A DNA stretch of 63,314 nucleotides, the filler included, from Rhabdomonas costata (taxonomy: Eukaryota), in NCBI GenBank assembly GCA_019059605.1. It is 40 parts of 40 records of this genome, joined end to end, with 100 filler letters (N's around TTAATTAATTAA, not from the genome) between each part and the next. Parts side by side here need not be neighbours in the genome. Positions count along the whole stretch, not along the records: positions 61,831 to 63,314 come from JAHMHO010014771.1; 39 more parts are not named here. One strand, 5' to 3'. Position 1 is the first letter of the stretch. Every line of letters begins with the position of its first letter. The notes under the pieces are model-generated. The model had not been told where the DNA came from. It was given only the letters and a program-made list of their open reading frames with translations, and ran no database searches. Positions 61,731 to 63,314 of the stretch are shown here, in pieces. Both the position numbers and the translations under genes were made by a program.

Positions 61731-63314
61731 NNNNNNNNNNNNNNNNNNNNNNNNNNNNNNNNNNNNNNNNNNNNTTAATTAATTAANNNNNNNNNNNNNN
61801 NNNNNNNNNNNNNNNNNNNNNNNNNNNNNNTTGATCGCTTGTTGATGACTTGTGTGTGGTATTCCAGCCATCTGTCATTGTCATTGCAAGCTGCTTGAAC
61901 TTATCGAACCCCCTGACCAGAAGGCGCTCATCTGCTGCTCTTTTCCCATCATTTGATTCTTGGTTTCTCAAAGATCTCCCCGAACCAGCCCGGTGTGTGT
62001 GGCTGGGTTTTAGGACTTTTTTAAATGTATAAAATGCATGAAATGCATGAAAAAACTCTAATTAAAGAGGGGCTTAAAATGGACCATAATTCTGCAACGG
62101 GGCGCTTAATATATGAGCCAACAAGGGCACAGGTCCCGATGGGACATTCTGCCATCAAGGTTTCGGACTTTCACTGTATAGGGCATAAACAGGCAATTTA
62201 GGCTAAAAAAATGGGGCAAAAACTTCGAAAGTGAGGGGGGTAACATGACCCAAGGGTCGTTGCGAGTGGGAGGTGACTGTTTTCGAAACTCTTTATGGCA
62301 TCGCATCATATCAGGGAAAAACGGGAACGGGCGAGGTTTCGTATGCGAAAACTCGAATTGCCGTCCACTTTTCACAGTGATGGTCCACTTTTGAAATCGA
62401 GTTTTGCCCTCATATGTTATGAGATTGCTCCACTGGTCGAGGTAATTTTTCACGCCTTCGGTTCGAGGTATGCCAGTTGGGCTCTTCTTACGCAGATGAG
62501 CTCCGGGAGAAACTCGCGCTGGTTGCAATCAACCCGCTTAAGGGCGCCGAGGTGTGCGTGTTTGTTTTGTTACTTTGTCACCGCTTCCAATGACGTAATT
62601 TAAAGATGTACATCTTACTCAGCCTCCTTTTTTCAATCTTACATACGAGATGACAGATGCTTTTCTAGCAGCTGTAGGATCGGGGGGCCTGGGGTGTGCA
62701 CAGGAAGGTACTTTGGGAAAAAAACGGATTTTGGGGTATTTTGCGCATTTTCTTGTGGCATCACCTTTTACCCATCTTTTTTGTGTGGTGGTTGCTCTTT
62801 CGACGTCTTCAGTTGAAACAAAACCTCCACAAGCAGTTGTGTTGCAATCGTCATGTACGCCGAGTTTCCTCGGTCTTCGCATATGAATCTTGACGCAGAT
62901 TTTTGGGTGAACTTGATGTATGCAGCAACCCACGTGCCCCGTGTGGTAAACGAAGCCTTTCCACTGTTATGCAGCGCCTTCCCGCACGCGCTCAATCCCT
63001 TATGACGGTTGCTTTGTTAGGTATGCACCACCACACGGCTGGCGTCCACAGGTGTATTTTGTTCTCTGTACCTTATCTACCTCGTTGTTTTACCCTCACC
63101 TGTGGACTTCATTTGGATTGGGTGACTGGGACGCTTCGAAGAGCTCAAGAACAAGGTCACGCGCCTTTGTCACTAACTTGGAAAGTGCATTGCCGATCCC
63201 CATGCAGCCGCTTAATGCGGGGAAAATTGCGGGGGGCCGTGAAAAGTAAGTCTATCATTTGTGGAGTCTAGCCAGGACTTCACAAATGATAGACTTACTT
63301 TCCACCCCCACCAC

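Noticed and set aside
1487..61830. Regularly spaced TTAATTAATTAA palindromes, resembling a repeat array or CRISPR
   Set aside because: Always embedded in 44-N runs. This is an artificial six-frame stop linker, and ORFs ending in X...LIN are artefacts.
62106..62528. 140-aa minus-strand ORF
   Set aside because: No recognisable domain or clear splice boundaries.
28543..63305. Five long hairpins (28543-28718, 33303-33460, 47330-47472, 56813-56973, 63239-63305) as MITEs, intron stems or hairpin telomeres
   Set aside because: Each has one arm ending at or within a few bases of a contig end, they share no sequence, and one copies across an eIF5 splice acceptor into the exon. This fits library or amplification fold-back chimeras. 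Independent long reads would settle it.
1..63314. G/T-rich contig starts and A/C-rich contig ends, resembling telomere-like caps
   Set aside because: There is no fixed repeat unit and it occurs on most contigs. Consistent with low-quality read tails.

Overview
This window is not one locus. It is 40 unrelated contigs of about 1.48-1.49 kb, joined by an artificial 100-nt spacer (44 N + TTAATTAATTAA + 44 N), so nothing can be inferred across spacers. The DNA is an intron-rich eukaryotic nuclear genome. An articulin-type VPV-repeat gene points to a euglenid or similar pellicle-bearing protist (inference). Reading exons across GT-AG introns recovers fragments of OSCP1, a U-box protein, a PstS-like binding-domain protein, a voltage-gated cation channel, two protein kinases, CEBPZ/Mak21, GT17 and GT23 glycosyltransferases, a MIF4G protein, a Kelch-like protein, FAN/NSMAF, an eIF5-like W2 protein, articulin, myosin and phospholipase B-like, plus an apparently complete FkbM-family methyltransferase gene. 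Mobile DNA includes a decayed retroelement with an amino-methyltransferase (NPPW) domain directly upstream of gag and a zinc knuckle, two decayed CRE/SLACS-like non-LTR fragments, a 261-bp Merlin-like deletion derivative with TIRs and an 8-bp TSD, and a tRNA-derived SINE-like head. The best leads are the methyltransferase-before-gag retroelement and a 5' splice-site consensus (GTRYG) with no A at +4 in about 30 donors. No complete new system can be proven from such short contigs. All family assignments are by eye from remembered motifs, not from database searches.
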